A stretch of 64,000 nucleotides of DNA from a virus, in the IMG/VR virus record IMGVR_UViG_3300032246_000381, positions 1 to 64,000 of that record; one strand, 5' to 3'. Position numbers and translations under genes: made by a program. Shown piece after piece: positions 1-9,055 of this stretch. Under the pieces are notes generated by a model, which searched no databases, was not told where the DNA came from, and worked only from the letters and a program-made list of their open reading frames with translations. How positions within the stretch are numbered: the first letter of the stretch is position 1; each line of letters opens with the position of its first letter.

Positions 1-522
1 GATGAAGTCTTTTTTCACTTCTTCAAACTTAGCTTTGCTGTCACGGATTAAACGTACTTTAGTTTCTGCTAAGTCTTTCTTATCAGCGTGGAATTCTGCG
101 ATTTCTTTCGCTAGTGCGTCCACAATAAAAGATTCTAATTTTGCTACATTGCCTGCAACTGCTTTACGATCTTCGTGTAATTCGGCTAACTCTTTACGTA
201 AGTTATTCAAAACAAAAGACTCCATAGCTTTGGAATCCTGTTTCATTTTCTTTGCGTACTTTGCCCTGGCTTCAATTAGACCTTGACGATCTTCTGCGAA
301 CTCACCTAACTCTGCTTGTAAGCGGTCTGTTAGCATTTGTTCTACAGCTTCTACCATTGCTGATTTGTCGTGCTCATATTTTTGAGCAAATTCTTCACGA
401 AGTTCTGCAGTGACGTGATCACGGCTTTCTTGAATTCGGCTTTCCCAAGCTGATTCAATTTCCGATTTGATTTCTTCGGAAATCACATTGTTCTCGAAAA
501 GTTGTTTTACGATATCTAGCAT
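1..522 (-). CDS. Prohead core scaffolding protein (T4 gp22-like), runs off the left edge
   Basis: Not in ORF track. ATG at 522 with AGGAG upstream; reads MLDIVKQLFENNVISEEIKSEIESAWESRIQE..., Glu/Lys/Ala-rich coiled coil, directly downstream of the prohead protease. Confidence 0.8.
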   Translation of the reverse strand, partial: MLDIVKQLFENNVISEEIKSEIESAWESRIQESRDHVTAELREEFAQKYEHDKSAMVEAVEQMLTDRLQAELGEFAEDRQGLIEARAKYAKKMKQDSKAMESFVLNNLRKELAELHEDRKAVAGNVAKLESFIVDALAKEIAEFHADKKDLAETKVRLIRDSKAKFEEVKKDFI

Positions 523-541
523 TGTGATTCTCCTACTTTGG

Positions 542-1174
542 TTATCGAAGAGTTTTGATGATCTTCATCAAACTCTCTGCTATGTATTGCTGTGCCTTTG
601 GGTCGCCTTGAACTTCTTTTGCTATTCTAAATGCCTGATATCCACCTGTATTATTCATCAAGTGTTCATATACTGGAGTAGGGTAAGCGCCTGGTGCGCT
701 AGGTTGTGCTACAACATCTACAGTGATAATTTCAAAGCCTTGTACTTTGCCATCACCGTCAACCTCACCTGATCCTCTTGAACTTACACCTAATTTCACT
801 CCCGACTCTAACATAGTCTGAATTAACTGACCCATTGGAGTTGGGAGGATTTTAAGTTTTCCGTAGCCGTTTGGCCCGTCCATCCACATCTTGGTAATCA
901 TATGACTAACACGATCTAGATTGATACGTAAATCTGTAGGATGATCAACTTCTCCTAGTACAGAGTAACCACCAGCGATCTGCTCGTTGAGCGTTTTGAC
1001 AGCCTTGCCAATTTCTTGAGAAGAATAAACTCGTTGATTTGCATTGCGGATATCTCCTTGGATGCAAATACCGTTTAAATGTAGTGACTTTTTACCGTCA
1101 CTACCTTCTTCGCTCTCTAAGACAATCTTAGCCTGATCGTAACTCAAATGTTCTGCTAGGGTAAGTTTTTTCAC
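542..1174 (-). CDS. gp21: Prohead core protease (T4 gp21-like)
   Basis: Motifs GICIQGDIRNANQRVY, LGEVDHP, VSHMIT, GVSSRGSG, DVVAQPSAPGAY typical of T4 gp21. Confidence 0.93.
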   Translation of the reverse strand: MKKLTLAEHLSYDQAKIVLESEEGSDGKKSLHLNGICIQGDIRNANQRVYSSQEIGKAVKTLNEQIAGGYSVLGEVDHPTDLRINLDRVSHMITKMWMDGPNGYGKLKILPTPMGQLIQTMLESGVKLGVSSRGSGEVDGDGKVQGFEIITVDVVAQPSAPGAYPTPVYEHLMNNTGGYQAFRIAKEVQGDPKAQQYIAESLMKIIKTLR

Positions 1175-1186
1175 CTATTTGTCCTC

Positions 1187-2143
1187 TTAACGACGACCAC
1201 GGAAAAGTGATTGGGAGTTAACGCTAGGCTTATCACTTTGTGAACCTGTGCCACTTAGTACGCCTTCGCCACCACCCTTTTTCTCAGCACCGTGACCAGC
1301 GGAGTTCTTCTTGAAAGCATCTCCTGCTTTGCCACCTGGCACATTTAAATTACCTTTTGCATCTGGATTAGGAACTACGTTGCCTTTTGCAAGACCTGTT
1401 CCTTTTAGTTGACCTTGTGCTGATAGTACAGCGCCAGTGTCTTCATATGACTGGTTCAAGTTCTTTGCAGAACCGCCCATATCATTTTTACCAGCTACAA
1501 TTGATTTTGTATTCATTGTTGGCTTGTTGCCGTCTTTACCAGTACCTGAAAGTTGACCTTCTGGTCCGCCTTTACGCTCAGCACCGTGACCAGCTGGAAC
1601 TTTTTCTACGTACTCACGTACTGTTTCTAGATCAAAATCTTCCATTTCATTGTCAGCATCGTGATCGCTTGGGCCACCCATATTGTCCATATCTGGCTCT
1701 TCGTGATCGCCACCTTTTAGTTCGTCGAACTTAGCTTGTAGTTCGTCTACAATGCTGTCTAGATCTTGGAATAGTTCTTCTTCTGATTTGTCTGAGTGCT
1801 CGCTGTCCATTTCGTCGCCCATATCTAGGTCGCCTTCTAGGTCGTCAGTGGCATCGCCTGGCATTTCGTCATCGCCTTCGTAGGCAATATCTTCAAAATT
1901 TTCATCAAGATCTTCATCATCTTTGTCTTCATCTTCTTTAGATGCTTCGTCAACTTTGTCTTCTTCGTCTTCTTCGTCCATTGCTTCGTCTACTTCTTCG
2001 TCAGCAATTTCTGATTCGATTAGGTTTTCGTAGATTTCGCGTGATGCTGAAACTACGTATTCGTGGAATAATTCTTCCGCTTTAGCTTGGTCGTCATTGA
2101 CCAAGTTTTCTAGCATCTGTGCTAGTAAATTCTTATCTGCCAT
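1187..2143 (-). CDS. Acidic prohead core protein (gp67/gp68-like position)
   Basis: Very Asp/Glu-rich, strong AGGAG RBS, TAAATA promoter upstream, lies between portal and protease. Confidence 0.6.
   Translation of the reverse strand: MADKNLLAQMLENLVNDDQAKAEELFHEYVVSASREIYENLIESEIADEEVDEAMDEEDEEDKVDEASKEDEDKDDEDLDENFEDIAYEGDDEMPGDATDDLEGDLDMGDEMDSEHSDKSEEELFQDLDSIVDELQAKFDELKGGDHEEPDMDNMGGPSDHDADNEMEDFDLETVREYVEKVPAGHGAERKGGPEGQLSGTGKDGNKPTMNTKSIVAGKNDMGGSAKNLNQSYEDTGAVLSAQGQLKGTGLAKGNVVPNPDAKGNLNVPGGKAGDAFKKNSAGHGAEKKGGGEGVLSGTGSQSDKPSVNSQSLFRGRR
1283..1594 (-). repeat. 18-bp direct repeat from an internal duplication in the core protein
   Basis: ctcagcaccgtgaccagc at 1283-1300 and 1577-1594; both encode AGHGAE followed by xKGGxEGxLSGTG. 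Confidence 0.85.
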
Positions 2144-2183
2144 AGTTATATTCTCCTTAAAGATGGTTAGGCTGTCATCGTTT

Positions 2184-2189
2184 TATTTA
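2184..2189 (-). promoter_or_regulatory. Late promoter TAAATA
   Basis: Intergenic TAAATA about 40 nt upstream of the ATG at 2143; recurrent motif. Confidence 0.65.
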
Positions 2190-2211
2190 ACACTAAGATT
2201 ACAATTCGGGG

Positions 2212-2892
2212 TTAAATGATACTTTTTTGATTGATCTGATCTGAATATATAGCCGAGGGAAACTTTTTAAAAAAGTTCCTGTAGGTTAAATGTTGTAAAT
2301 TTGGTATTGCTTCAAACTCAGAGGGTATAAAAGATCCCGGTTCAATTACTCTATGGAACTGTATTCCTGAAAATTCTTTAATTGTTTTCTGTGTTTGACT
2401 TACCCAATTACCAAAGTAAGTTGCCGGATCATTACTCTTTTTATAGTTAAAAGTATCAGCGTAAACGTTGTTTAATAATCCAGCAGTGCCCTGAAAATCA
2501 AAGCCTAATATGTATATTTCGCTGTAATACCTGCTGGCTGCAAAGTGTAATGCAGTAGGTCCCGAGCTCCAGCCTTTGTGCGGGCTAAAGAAGTTTACGT
2601 TATCTTTACTAGCCACGCCCTTGTTAGGATTAGTCCATAGCTCGTTGTTTAGATGATAGCCTGTAGATATAATCTCGTTGACCATATTAACATCAACTGC
2701 TATCAAATAGTGGGGATTAAATTCTCTGTAGATTGCGTTGCAACCATATACAGCGCCAAGCTCTAACAGAGCGGTATGATCTGTTGCTAATCTACTGCGC
2801 CCGTTACCTAGTACAAATGCTGTGTTATTATGCTGGGGCAGATTCGGCTTCAACTGGAGTACTGTACATCTGTTGTATAAAAGCCTGCTCAC
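2212..2892 (-). CDS. MptE-like/Maf/sialyltransferase-like nucleotide-binding protein
   Basis: AFVLGNGRS, YGCNAIYR, YLIAVD, GWSSGPTA, IYILGFDF motifs; true start may be TTG at 2853. Confidence 0.55.
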   Translation of the reverse strand: MSRLLYNRCTVLQLKPNLPQHNNTAFVLGNGRSRLATDHTALLELGAVYGCNAIYREFNPHYLIAVDVNMVNEIISTGYHLNNELWTNPNKGVASKDNVNFFSPHKGWSSGPTALHFAASRYYSEIYILGFDFQGTAGLLNNVYADTFNYKKSNDPATYFGNWVSQTQKTIKEFSGIQFHRVIEPGSFIPSEFEAIPNLQHLTYRNFFKKFPSAIYSDQINQKSII

Positions 2893-3076
2893 TTTGCGTT
2901 TCTGCTTCGTGTGCTTCAGCTTGCAATCGGAGTTGATTGATTTGACGCAGTGTTAACCGTATTTTACGGGTATCGTCTTTTTTTAGAACAGAACTGTCCT
3001 TGCTATTGTCGTATCGACGATCAACCGCAAAGTCATTGTTCGAATCATTAAAATAAAGGAACTCTTTTAGAAGCAT
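2828..3076 (-). CDS. Small head-operon protein (82 aa, MLLKEFLYF...)
   Basis: ATG at 3076 just after the portal stop and a TAAATA; the ORF-track extension to 3286 overlaps the portal. Confidence 0.7.
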   Translation of the reverse strand: MLLKEFLYFNDSNNDFAVDRRYDNSKDSSVLKKDDTRKIRLTLRQINQLRLQAEAHEAETQSEQAFIQQMYSTPVEAESAPA

Positions 3077-3080
3077 ATTG

Positions 3081-3086
3081 TATTTA
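3081..3086 (-). promoter_or_regulatory. Late promoter TAAATA, 4 nt before the ATG
   Basis: Minus strand reads acTAAATAcaatATG. Confidence 0.55.
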
Positions 3087-3087
3087 G

Positions 3088-4794
3088 TTATTGGGCTGGC
3101 ATTGGTGCGGCTGCACCATCTTCTGCTCCTGCACCTGGTGCTGCGGCAGCTGCCATATCGTCTGGAGCTTCTGCTTCTTGACCGGCCATATCTCCAGCAA
3201 TACCGCCCGGAGTAATACCTGCAGATCGTAGTTGACCTGCTGCATCCGTTGGCTGTTTTAAGTTGCTTCCGTTTTCCTCTTTCCACATACGTTCGTTTTC
3301 TGTGATCTCTTCTTGGCTCATACCTAGGAAACGTTTCATAGCAAAACGCTTGCTGAGATGTGGAATTTCTTGTAGTTGTGCAAATATAGTTACACGAGTA
3401 GTATCTAGTTCTGCTTGACGATAGGCTGCAAAGTTCTGCGGTGCATTAAACTTTAGTTTGAATAATGTGCTGTCGATATTGATACCTTGATCCAGCAACC
3501 ATAGTTTAAATTCTAGATCAAATGTTTCAATGATCAAGGACTGCAAACGTTCGCAGTACTTGTTAAAACGCAGTTCTTGAATATAGGCTGTACCTACTTT
3601 ACCATCACTGACTTGGTTAGGACTTTCGTCAATTGCCGTTGGTAAGTAGCTGCTTGGAATGCGTAGGGCGCGGAACAGCTTGTTGGTAAAATAACGTAGG
3701 TCTGTAATTTCACCTAGGTTAGTACCGCCTGGTAGGGTGTCAACTTTTGATCCACGACCTTCTGCTGTCTGTGGAAAGAAGTAATCTTCGTTTACACTTA
3801 GAGGATTATAACTAGCGTCTATGACGTTTGCTCCACCGCCTGTAGCTGATGGAATACGTCTCTGTTGTATTTCGTTTTTTACACGTTCAACAAATGACAT
3901 CGCCATATGCGCTGGCATATTTCCAACGTCTACATAGAAAATACGTCTTTCTGGAGCTCGTTGTATACGATAGATAATGATAGCATCTTCAAGCAGTTCT
4001 TTCTGTTTGTAGACTTTGAATACTGATTCTAATAGACTGTTACCAAATGGATAGTTAGTATCAAGTCCTTCACTTAGACTGATATGAACCACGTGTTTGG
4101 CGTCAACTGTTACTTCGTTGACTTGATTGTTGAAGCGTGTGCCTGGAGGACGAGCAGCTTCACCTACAAAGCCTTTGCCAAATCCGCCGCCACTGGTATA
4201 TCCAGCTGTACCGCTTGGCTGTGTATTTGTTGTATTGTGTGGAGTTGTAGCAATTAGATCTTTAAAATTAAAGTTAATATCTTTGATCACATACTGCTCA
4301 GGAACTTTACCTTCGCTTTCGTTTACAATAATCTTGGTTACTTTAACTGGATCTACGTACAACCATTTTTTAGTTTCTGGATCACGTACAAAGAAACAGT
4401 CACCGTATTTGAACGTGTTACGCACAATACGGAATATACGTGTTTCAAACTGTTGATCCTTGGCCCATTTTTGTAGTGCGTCTTTAATCAGTTTAACTTC
4501 TGTAGAAGTTGGGGCGCCGTTATAACGGATATGGAAAGCTGTGTCGTTTTCTTTATCTGGCTGTGTGCAAAATTCTGTTAGAATATCTAGGGCAGCATTA
4601 ACTTCTGAATCACTATCCATTGTGTCATATTGAACATATCGATCAATACGGTTTGGTGATCCTGCATATACATCTGGTAAGTAGCTGGAATAGTTCATCC
4701 TAGCTGGGCCAACACGGCCGCCACCCGAAATTGGGCTGTAGCCTGTTGATTTATTGCTGGCGTCTACTGGGGTGAAATATTTTTTCCAACTCAT
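3088..4794 (-). CDS. gp20: Portal vertex protein (T4 gp20-like)
   Basis: LLEDAIIIYRIQRAPERRIFYVDVGNMP, EDYFFP, TLPGGTNLGEI, LRIPSS motifs of T4-type portals. Confidence 0.96.
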   Translation of the reverse strand: MSWKKYFTPVDASNKSTGYSPISGGGRVGPARMNYSSYLPDVYAGSPNRIDRYVQYDTMDSDSEVNAALDILTEFCTQPDKENDTAFHIRYNGAPTSTEVKLIKDALQKWAKDQQFETRIFRIVRNTFKYGDCFFVRDPETKKWLYVDPVKVTKIIVNESEGKVPEQYVIKDINFNFKDLIATTPHNTTNTQPSGTAGYTSGGGFGKGFVGEAARPPGTRFNNQVNEVTVDAKHVVHISLSEGLDTNYPFGNSLLESVFKVYKQKELLEDAIIIYRIQRAPERRIFYVDVGNMPAHMAMSFVERVKNEIQQRRIPSATGGGANVIDASYNPLSVNEDYFFPQTAEGRGSKVDTLPGGTNLGEITDLRYFTNKLFRALRIPSSYLPTAIDESPNQVSDGKVGTAYIQELRFNKYCERLQSLIIETFDLEFKLWLLDQGINIDSTLFKLKFNAPQNFAAYRQAELDTTRVTIFAQLQEIPHLSKRFAMKRFLGMSQEEITENERMWKEENGSNLKQPTDAAGQLRSAGITPGGIAGDMAGQEAEAPDDMAAAAAPGAGAEDGAAAPMPAQ

Positions 4795-4806
4795 ATATTA
4801 TCTCTT

Positions 4807-7539
4807 TTATCGTTTGAACAAGTTGCCTTGTAGCCCTTTAGCTGCATTAAACGTTTCATACGTATTCGTAGTTGTCTGCGCTGAGAATTTGAGTAACTGG
4901 GCCATCTTAGTATTTAACTCCGCTAACAAGGTCTCAGCGGATTCTTGAGTGGTTGGCTTCTTAGTACCTTCTTTGGCATCTTCTGCCTGTTTCTTTTCGT
5001 CTGCTGCTTTCTTTTCAACTGCGGCTTTTGCATCTGCTGTTTTCTTTTCACCGTCTGCTTCGATAGTTTTCTTGACAGTTTCTGCTCCAGTAGTAGATGC
5101 TGGTTTTTGATCTTTAATTAATCCACTACCGTTGGCTGCGGCATATTGTTTTAATAGATCAGCACCGTTAGCATTGTAATCAACTTTTAGAGCGGCTGCT
5201 TCGTCTTTAGCTTTCTTGTCGTCTTTATTAGCATCTTCTTGTTGTTTAACCCCAGACGCTTTGGCGCTTTGACCTTTTTGATGTATTTTTGCTTCAACTT
5301 CTTGTCTTTTCTTTTGGTCAGCCAATTCTTCTTTATTTGCTGCGGCTACATTATCAGCCATACGCTTAGACATTCCGGTTTCTAGTTTGGTCTGTTCTTC
5401 TTTAGATTTTAGAATTTTTTCTTCTTGATCTTCAGCTAATTTTTTATACTTGTCACCAAATGGATTAAGTTTATCCATTATTCTATAAACCATTGCTAAC
5501 ATTTCTCGACCAAACTGTTCTAGTTTAGTCCCTAACCAACTAAAGCTGTCGCCGACAACCTGCAGATCTCCGCCAAAGTGCTTGAATATAGCTATCAGTC
5601 CTACTACTGCGGCAATAGCTAGACCAATTGGCCACGTGATTCCTAGGAATGCTAATCCTGCAGCAATAGCACCGGCAGCGGTGGATACAAATCCAGCGAT
5701 AACCGGTAACGTGGCTATAACTAACGCATTCTTTGACGCTGCTTCTGCCCAGGAAGCAATAGTTAATGCAGCGGTAACTGCATAATAGGCACCTAATGCA
5801 CCGGCTACAACAACAAGAACTGCTGTTAAATTGTCAGTGATAAATCCAGCAACGGTCATAATAACGCCGCCAAGGAATTCTAATACTGGTCTTAAATCGT
5901 CAAATGTTTTTGCCACAGCTGGAATAAGATCAACAACTAGGAACGAAGTAAATTTTCCAATCGCAGGAAGCAGTACATCATTGAAGAATCCACCAACTCC
6001 GTTAACAGCAGGACCAAAACTATCTATTAACGAGCCAACAATAAGACCAATAGATGATGATAATACACTAAACAACGGAACAACATACTGCATTACAAAA
6101 TTAGCTGTAAATTTAAATGCTTCCATTAGTGTGTCAAGCATACCGCTGTTAGCCAATGCCATTTGGAATCCGTTGCTAAACTCTGCTAATTTTTGTTTAC
6201 TTTCCTCAACTGCTTTATTCATTGCATCAGTTTTTTTCTGTGCTTCTGTCTGTTGTTCTGCACCTTTCTTTAATGCATCAGTGTTTATAGTTGCTGTAGA
6301 TGCAAGACCTTTAACCACTCCTGTTAGTTCTGTCGATGCTGCTCCAGCATATTTGATATTTTGTAGAGATTTTGGTCCTTCAGTTGCTAATAAATTGTTT
6401 AGTCTATTTCTTTCTTCCTGAGTAACTGCTTCACCGCGTTGTGTCTTGGCATTAAATTCTGCTAACATTGCTGCCGACTTAGGTAGCATTGCCATTAGCT
6501 TTTGATTCTCGTCGGTAGTAGCAACACCGTTGGCCATAATATCTTTGGTAAAACTTTCAAGATCTTTTGGCACACCTGTGGCAACTGCCATAAATGAATC
6601 ACGAACTTTAGGTCCAAGACCTGCCATTGACGCTTGGAACTGTGCATCGAGTGCTAATGCTGCTTGTCGTGCTTCGATAGTTTTACGATCTTCACCTGTT
6701 GCTTTAGAAAGGAGGTCAAGTTCTTTCATATAGTTTTTAGCGCCAGCAGCCAGTTGATCGTTAGTCATTTTACCTTGCTGTCCTTGACTACGCATCAATG
6801 ATCCGTATTTGGCAAGACCTTCATTGATCTGTTGTGTAGAATAACCCAGAGCATACAAATCACTTGCGCTTGCTCTTAGTGCTTTAGAAGTTTTAGCAAA
6901 GTTTTTAGCACCATCTTCTGCGGTAGTACCAAATGCGCCCATACCAAATGCGTTCTGTGAAACTAACGCACCAAATTTTTCCATCGTCATACCGGCAGTA
7001 GTAGCTGCTGCTGAAAATTCGTTTACACTTCCACTAAAGGTTGCTCCTGATTGAGCAGCCTGTTGATATGCATCTGTAACACTAGTAACTGCCTGTGCAA
7101 CTGCACCAAACATTTTACCCAAAATAGGTATATTTTGAAATACACCTGCTGCGGCAGTAAGACTGTCACCAACTTGGGCAAATTTATTAACCGTATCTAC
7201 AGAACCTTCAGCTAGTCCTTGAAATCCGCCAAGTACCATTTTGGCAGCAGTATCGAGTTTTGCCATTCCTACACCGGCAGCAAATGCAGCTTTGCCTAGC
7301 AGAGATTGACTCTTTGCCGCAGTTCCACCGCCTGCACTACCACCTCCACCACCACCTGCACTGCCACCTCCACCACCTGCGCCACTAGTAGCACTCGCTC
7401 CTGCTTTTTTTCCACCGTCAGTAGACTTATCAAACTTACGCATTATTTTTAACATTTCTTGAAGCGTTGCTTCAGATGCGGCATTCTTGGCTTCTACTTG
7501 TCCAATTCCGGGAATGTCGATTAAAACTGTTTGTGCCAT
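4807..7539 (-). CDS. Tail tape measure protein
   Basis: 910 aa, Ala/Gly-rich helical, hydrophobic segments in the C-terminal half; divergent neighbour carries a chaperone-type frameshift. Confidence 0.8.
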   Translation of the reverse strand: MAQTVLIDIPGIGQVEAKNAASEATLQEMLKIMRKFDKSTDGGKKAGASATSGAGGGGGSAGGGGGGSAGGGTAAKSQSLLGKAAFAAGVGMAKLDTAAKMVLGGFQGLAEGSVDTVNKFAQVGDSLTAAAGVFQNIPILGKMFGAVAQAVTSVTDAYQQAAQSGATFSGSVNEFSAAATTAGMTMEKFGALVSQNAFGMGAFGTTAEDGAKNFAKTSKALRASASDLYALGYSTQQINEGLAKYGSLMRSQGQQGKMTNDQLAAGAKNYMKELDLLSKATGEDRKTIEARQAALALDAQFQASMAGLGPKVRDSFMAVATGVPKDLESFTKDIMANGVATTDENQKLMAMLPKSAAMLAEFNAKTQRGEAVTQEERNRLNNLLATEGPKSLQNIKYAGAASTELTGVVKGLASTATINTDALKKGAEQQTEAQKKTDAMNKAVEESKQKLAEFSNGFQMALANSGMLDTLMEAFKFTANFVMQYVVPLFSVLSSSIGLIVGSLIDSFGPAVNGVGGFFNDVLLPAIGKFTSFLVVDLIPAVAKTFDDLRPVLEFLGGVIMTVAGFITDNLTAVLVVVAGALGAYYAVTAALTIASWAEAASKNALVIATLPVIAGFVSTAAGAIAAGLAFLGITWPIGLAIAAVVGLIAIFKHFGGDLQVVGDSFSWLGTKLEQFGREMLAMVYRIMDKLNPFGDKYKKLAEDQEEKILKSKEEQTKLETGMSKRMADNVAAANKEELADQKKRQEVEAKIHQKGQSAKASGVKQQEDANKDDKKAKDEAAALKVDYNANGADLLKQYAAANGSGLIKDQKPASTTGAETVKKTIEADGEKKTADAKAAVEKKAADEKKQAEDAKEGTKKPTTQESAETLLAELNTKMAQLLKFSAQTTTNTYETFNAAKGLQGNLFKR

Positions 7540-7569
7540 TTGATTATTTTTTCCAGGGTAAAATGCGTA

Positions 7570-7597
7570 TATAAATACTCTACGTAATAGTATTTAT
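7570..7597. promoter_or_regulatory. Pair of face-to-face late promoters
   Basis: TATAAATA on + at 7570-7577 (full T4 late consensus) and TAAATA on - at 7591-7596, forming the inverted repeat ATAAATACT-N9-AGTATTTAT. Confidence 0.7.
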
Positions 7598-7607
7598 CGG
7601 AGATAAA

Positions 7608-8471
7608 ATGAGTGAAATTAACAATCAGCAATCAATAGCAAAGAATCCTCTAGCCAATTGGTTTAGACAACCTAAGATTTATGTACAGTTACCTAGCAAA
7701 GGTAGATTTTATCCTCCTAACACTTTAGATGTTAGCGAAAACGATGAATATCCAGTATTTGCAATGACTGCCAAAGACGAGTTAATGTTTAAAACTCCTG
7801 ACGCATTACTCAGCGGACAAAGTACAGTTGAAATTATTAAGAGCTGTATTCCAGCAATCAAGGATCCTTGGACAATGCCCAGCATTGACGTAGACTTTGC
7901 TCTTATCGCTATCCGTATTGCTACCTATGGTGAAAATATGGAAATTGGTACTAAGTGTCCTGGATGTGAAACTGAAAATGATTATGATGTTAATTTAACT
8001 AACTGGTTAGGTATGTTTAGTCAATTTACATACAATGATACTGTAGCTGTTGACCCATTAGTTGTTACCATTCGACCCTATACCTATAAAGAAATATCTA
8101 AGACACAGATTAAAACACTTGAGCAACAGAAAATATTCAACATCATTAATGATGAAAAACTAGATGATGAACAGAAAGTTGAACAGTTTGGTAAGAGCTT
8201 TGTGAAACTAACTGAACTAACTGTTGATATTATCTGCGACTGTATCACTAAAATTGAAACTCCAGACGGTGCTAGTACAGACAAAAAGCAAATTAAAGAG
8301 TTTATTGATAACTGTAGCAAAGATGTTTTTGAAAAAATTAGTGCTCATCTTACCGCTATCAAAGAGCAGATTGAATTAAAAGCTCAAAATGTTCACTGCG
8401 AGGAGTGTGGTCAGGACTATGAAGTTCCGGTCACTATGGATCAGTCAAATTTTTTCGGCGTAAGATCTTAA
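7608..8471 (+). CDS. Baseplate hub/tail assembly chaperone (T4 gp26-like)
   Basis: LPSKGRFY, MTAKDEL, LIAIRIATYGE and two CxxC pairs (CPGC, CEEC); ends at a slippery site. Confidence 0.75.
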   Translation: MSEINNQQSIAKNPLANWFRQPKIYVQLPSKGRFYPPNTLDVSENDEYPVFAMTAKDELMFKTPDALLSGQSTVEIIKSCIPAIKDPWTMPSIDVDFALIAIRIATYGENMEIGTKCPGCETENDYDVNLTNWLGMFSQFTYNDTVAVDPLVVTIRPYTYKEISKTQIKTLEQQKIFNIINDEKLDDEQKVEQFGKSFVKLTELTVDIICDCITKIETPDGASTDKKQIKEFIDNCSKDVFEKISAHLTAIKEQIELKAQNVHCEECGQDYEVPVTMDQSNFFGVRS

Positions 8472-8496
8472 ATTTATCTCTGCCAGAGATCTTACG
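8450..8496 (+). promoter_or_regulatory. Programmed -1 ribosomal frameshift signal
   Basis: In-frame heptamer T TTT TTC at 8450-8456; perfect 10-bp stem cgtaagatct (8459-8468) / agatcttacg (8487-8496). Confidence 0.75.
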
Positions 8497-8683
8497 AGAA
8501 TCAGAGAAGTTAGACAAAGAGGCGAGAGCTATAAAAAAAGACTGCCTAAAGCTGTCTTGGTATATGCGAGGTCTTAGCTATTCAGAAGTTATGAATATGA
8601 GCTACGAAGAACGAGAAATAGTCGGTGAGATAGTTAAAGAAAATCTCGAAACAACTAAGAAATCTGGACTGCCGTTCTTTTAA
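8456..8683 (+). CDS. -1 frame extension of the chaperone (gp51/gpT-like C-terminal part)
   Basis: Not in ORF track. -1 frame open 8423-8683: RRKILNLSLPEILRESEKLDKEARAIKKDCLKLSWYMRGLSYSEVMNMSYEEREIVGEIVKENLETTKKSGLPFF; first ATG only at 8564. Confidence 0.75.
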   Translation, partial: RRKILNLSLPEILRESEKLDKEARAIKKDCLKLSWYMRGLSYSEVMNMSYEEREIVGEIVKENLETTKKSGLPFF

Positions 8684-9054
8684 TGAAATTGTCTTCTAAA
8701 ATCTGTAACAGCCTGTTGCTGTTGCGGATTTAATTCTTGATTGCGAAGACCGGCTGCTAGAGCCGATTGCAATACTTGAGCATTGATATTCGATGCCGGT
8801 TTTAAAGTTCCATTTTGAACCTGAGCAGAAATTGTTTTTAAATTATTAACATCTGCCGGTAATAATTTTTTACCATTTAGTAGCAAAGACAATACATCAT
8901 TTAATCCGTTTTGAACTAAATTAGTATCTACTGGTTTTTCTTTGCCTTTAAACCAAGTGCTTGGACTGAACAGATTCTTTGTAGCCTGATAGGCAGTCTG
9001 CATAGGATCAGGATCTCCTGCATCTACTTTACCAACTACTTCATTAATTCTCAT
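8680..9054 (-). CDS. Hypothetical protein, probable internal head protein
   Basis: 124 aa starting MRINEV; tightly packed behind the two upstream genes. Confidence 0.6.
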   Translation of the reverse strand: MRINEVVGKVDAGDPDPMQTAYQATKNLFSPSTWFKGKEKPVDTNLVQNGLNDVLSLLLNGKKLLPADVNNLKTISAQVQNGTLKPASNINAQVLQSALAAGLRNQELNPQQQQAVTDFRRQFH

Positions 9055-9055
9055 A

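Noticed and set aside
2-772. Plus-strand ORFs 2..286 and 467..772
   Set aside because: Antisense shadows of the scaffold and protease genes
3077-3286. N-terminal extension of the 152-aa ORF
   Set aside because: Out-of-frame overlap with the portal C-terminus; ATG 3076 fits better
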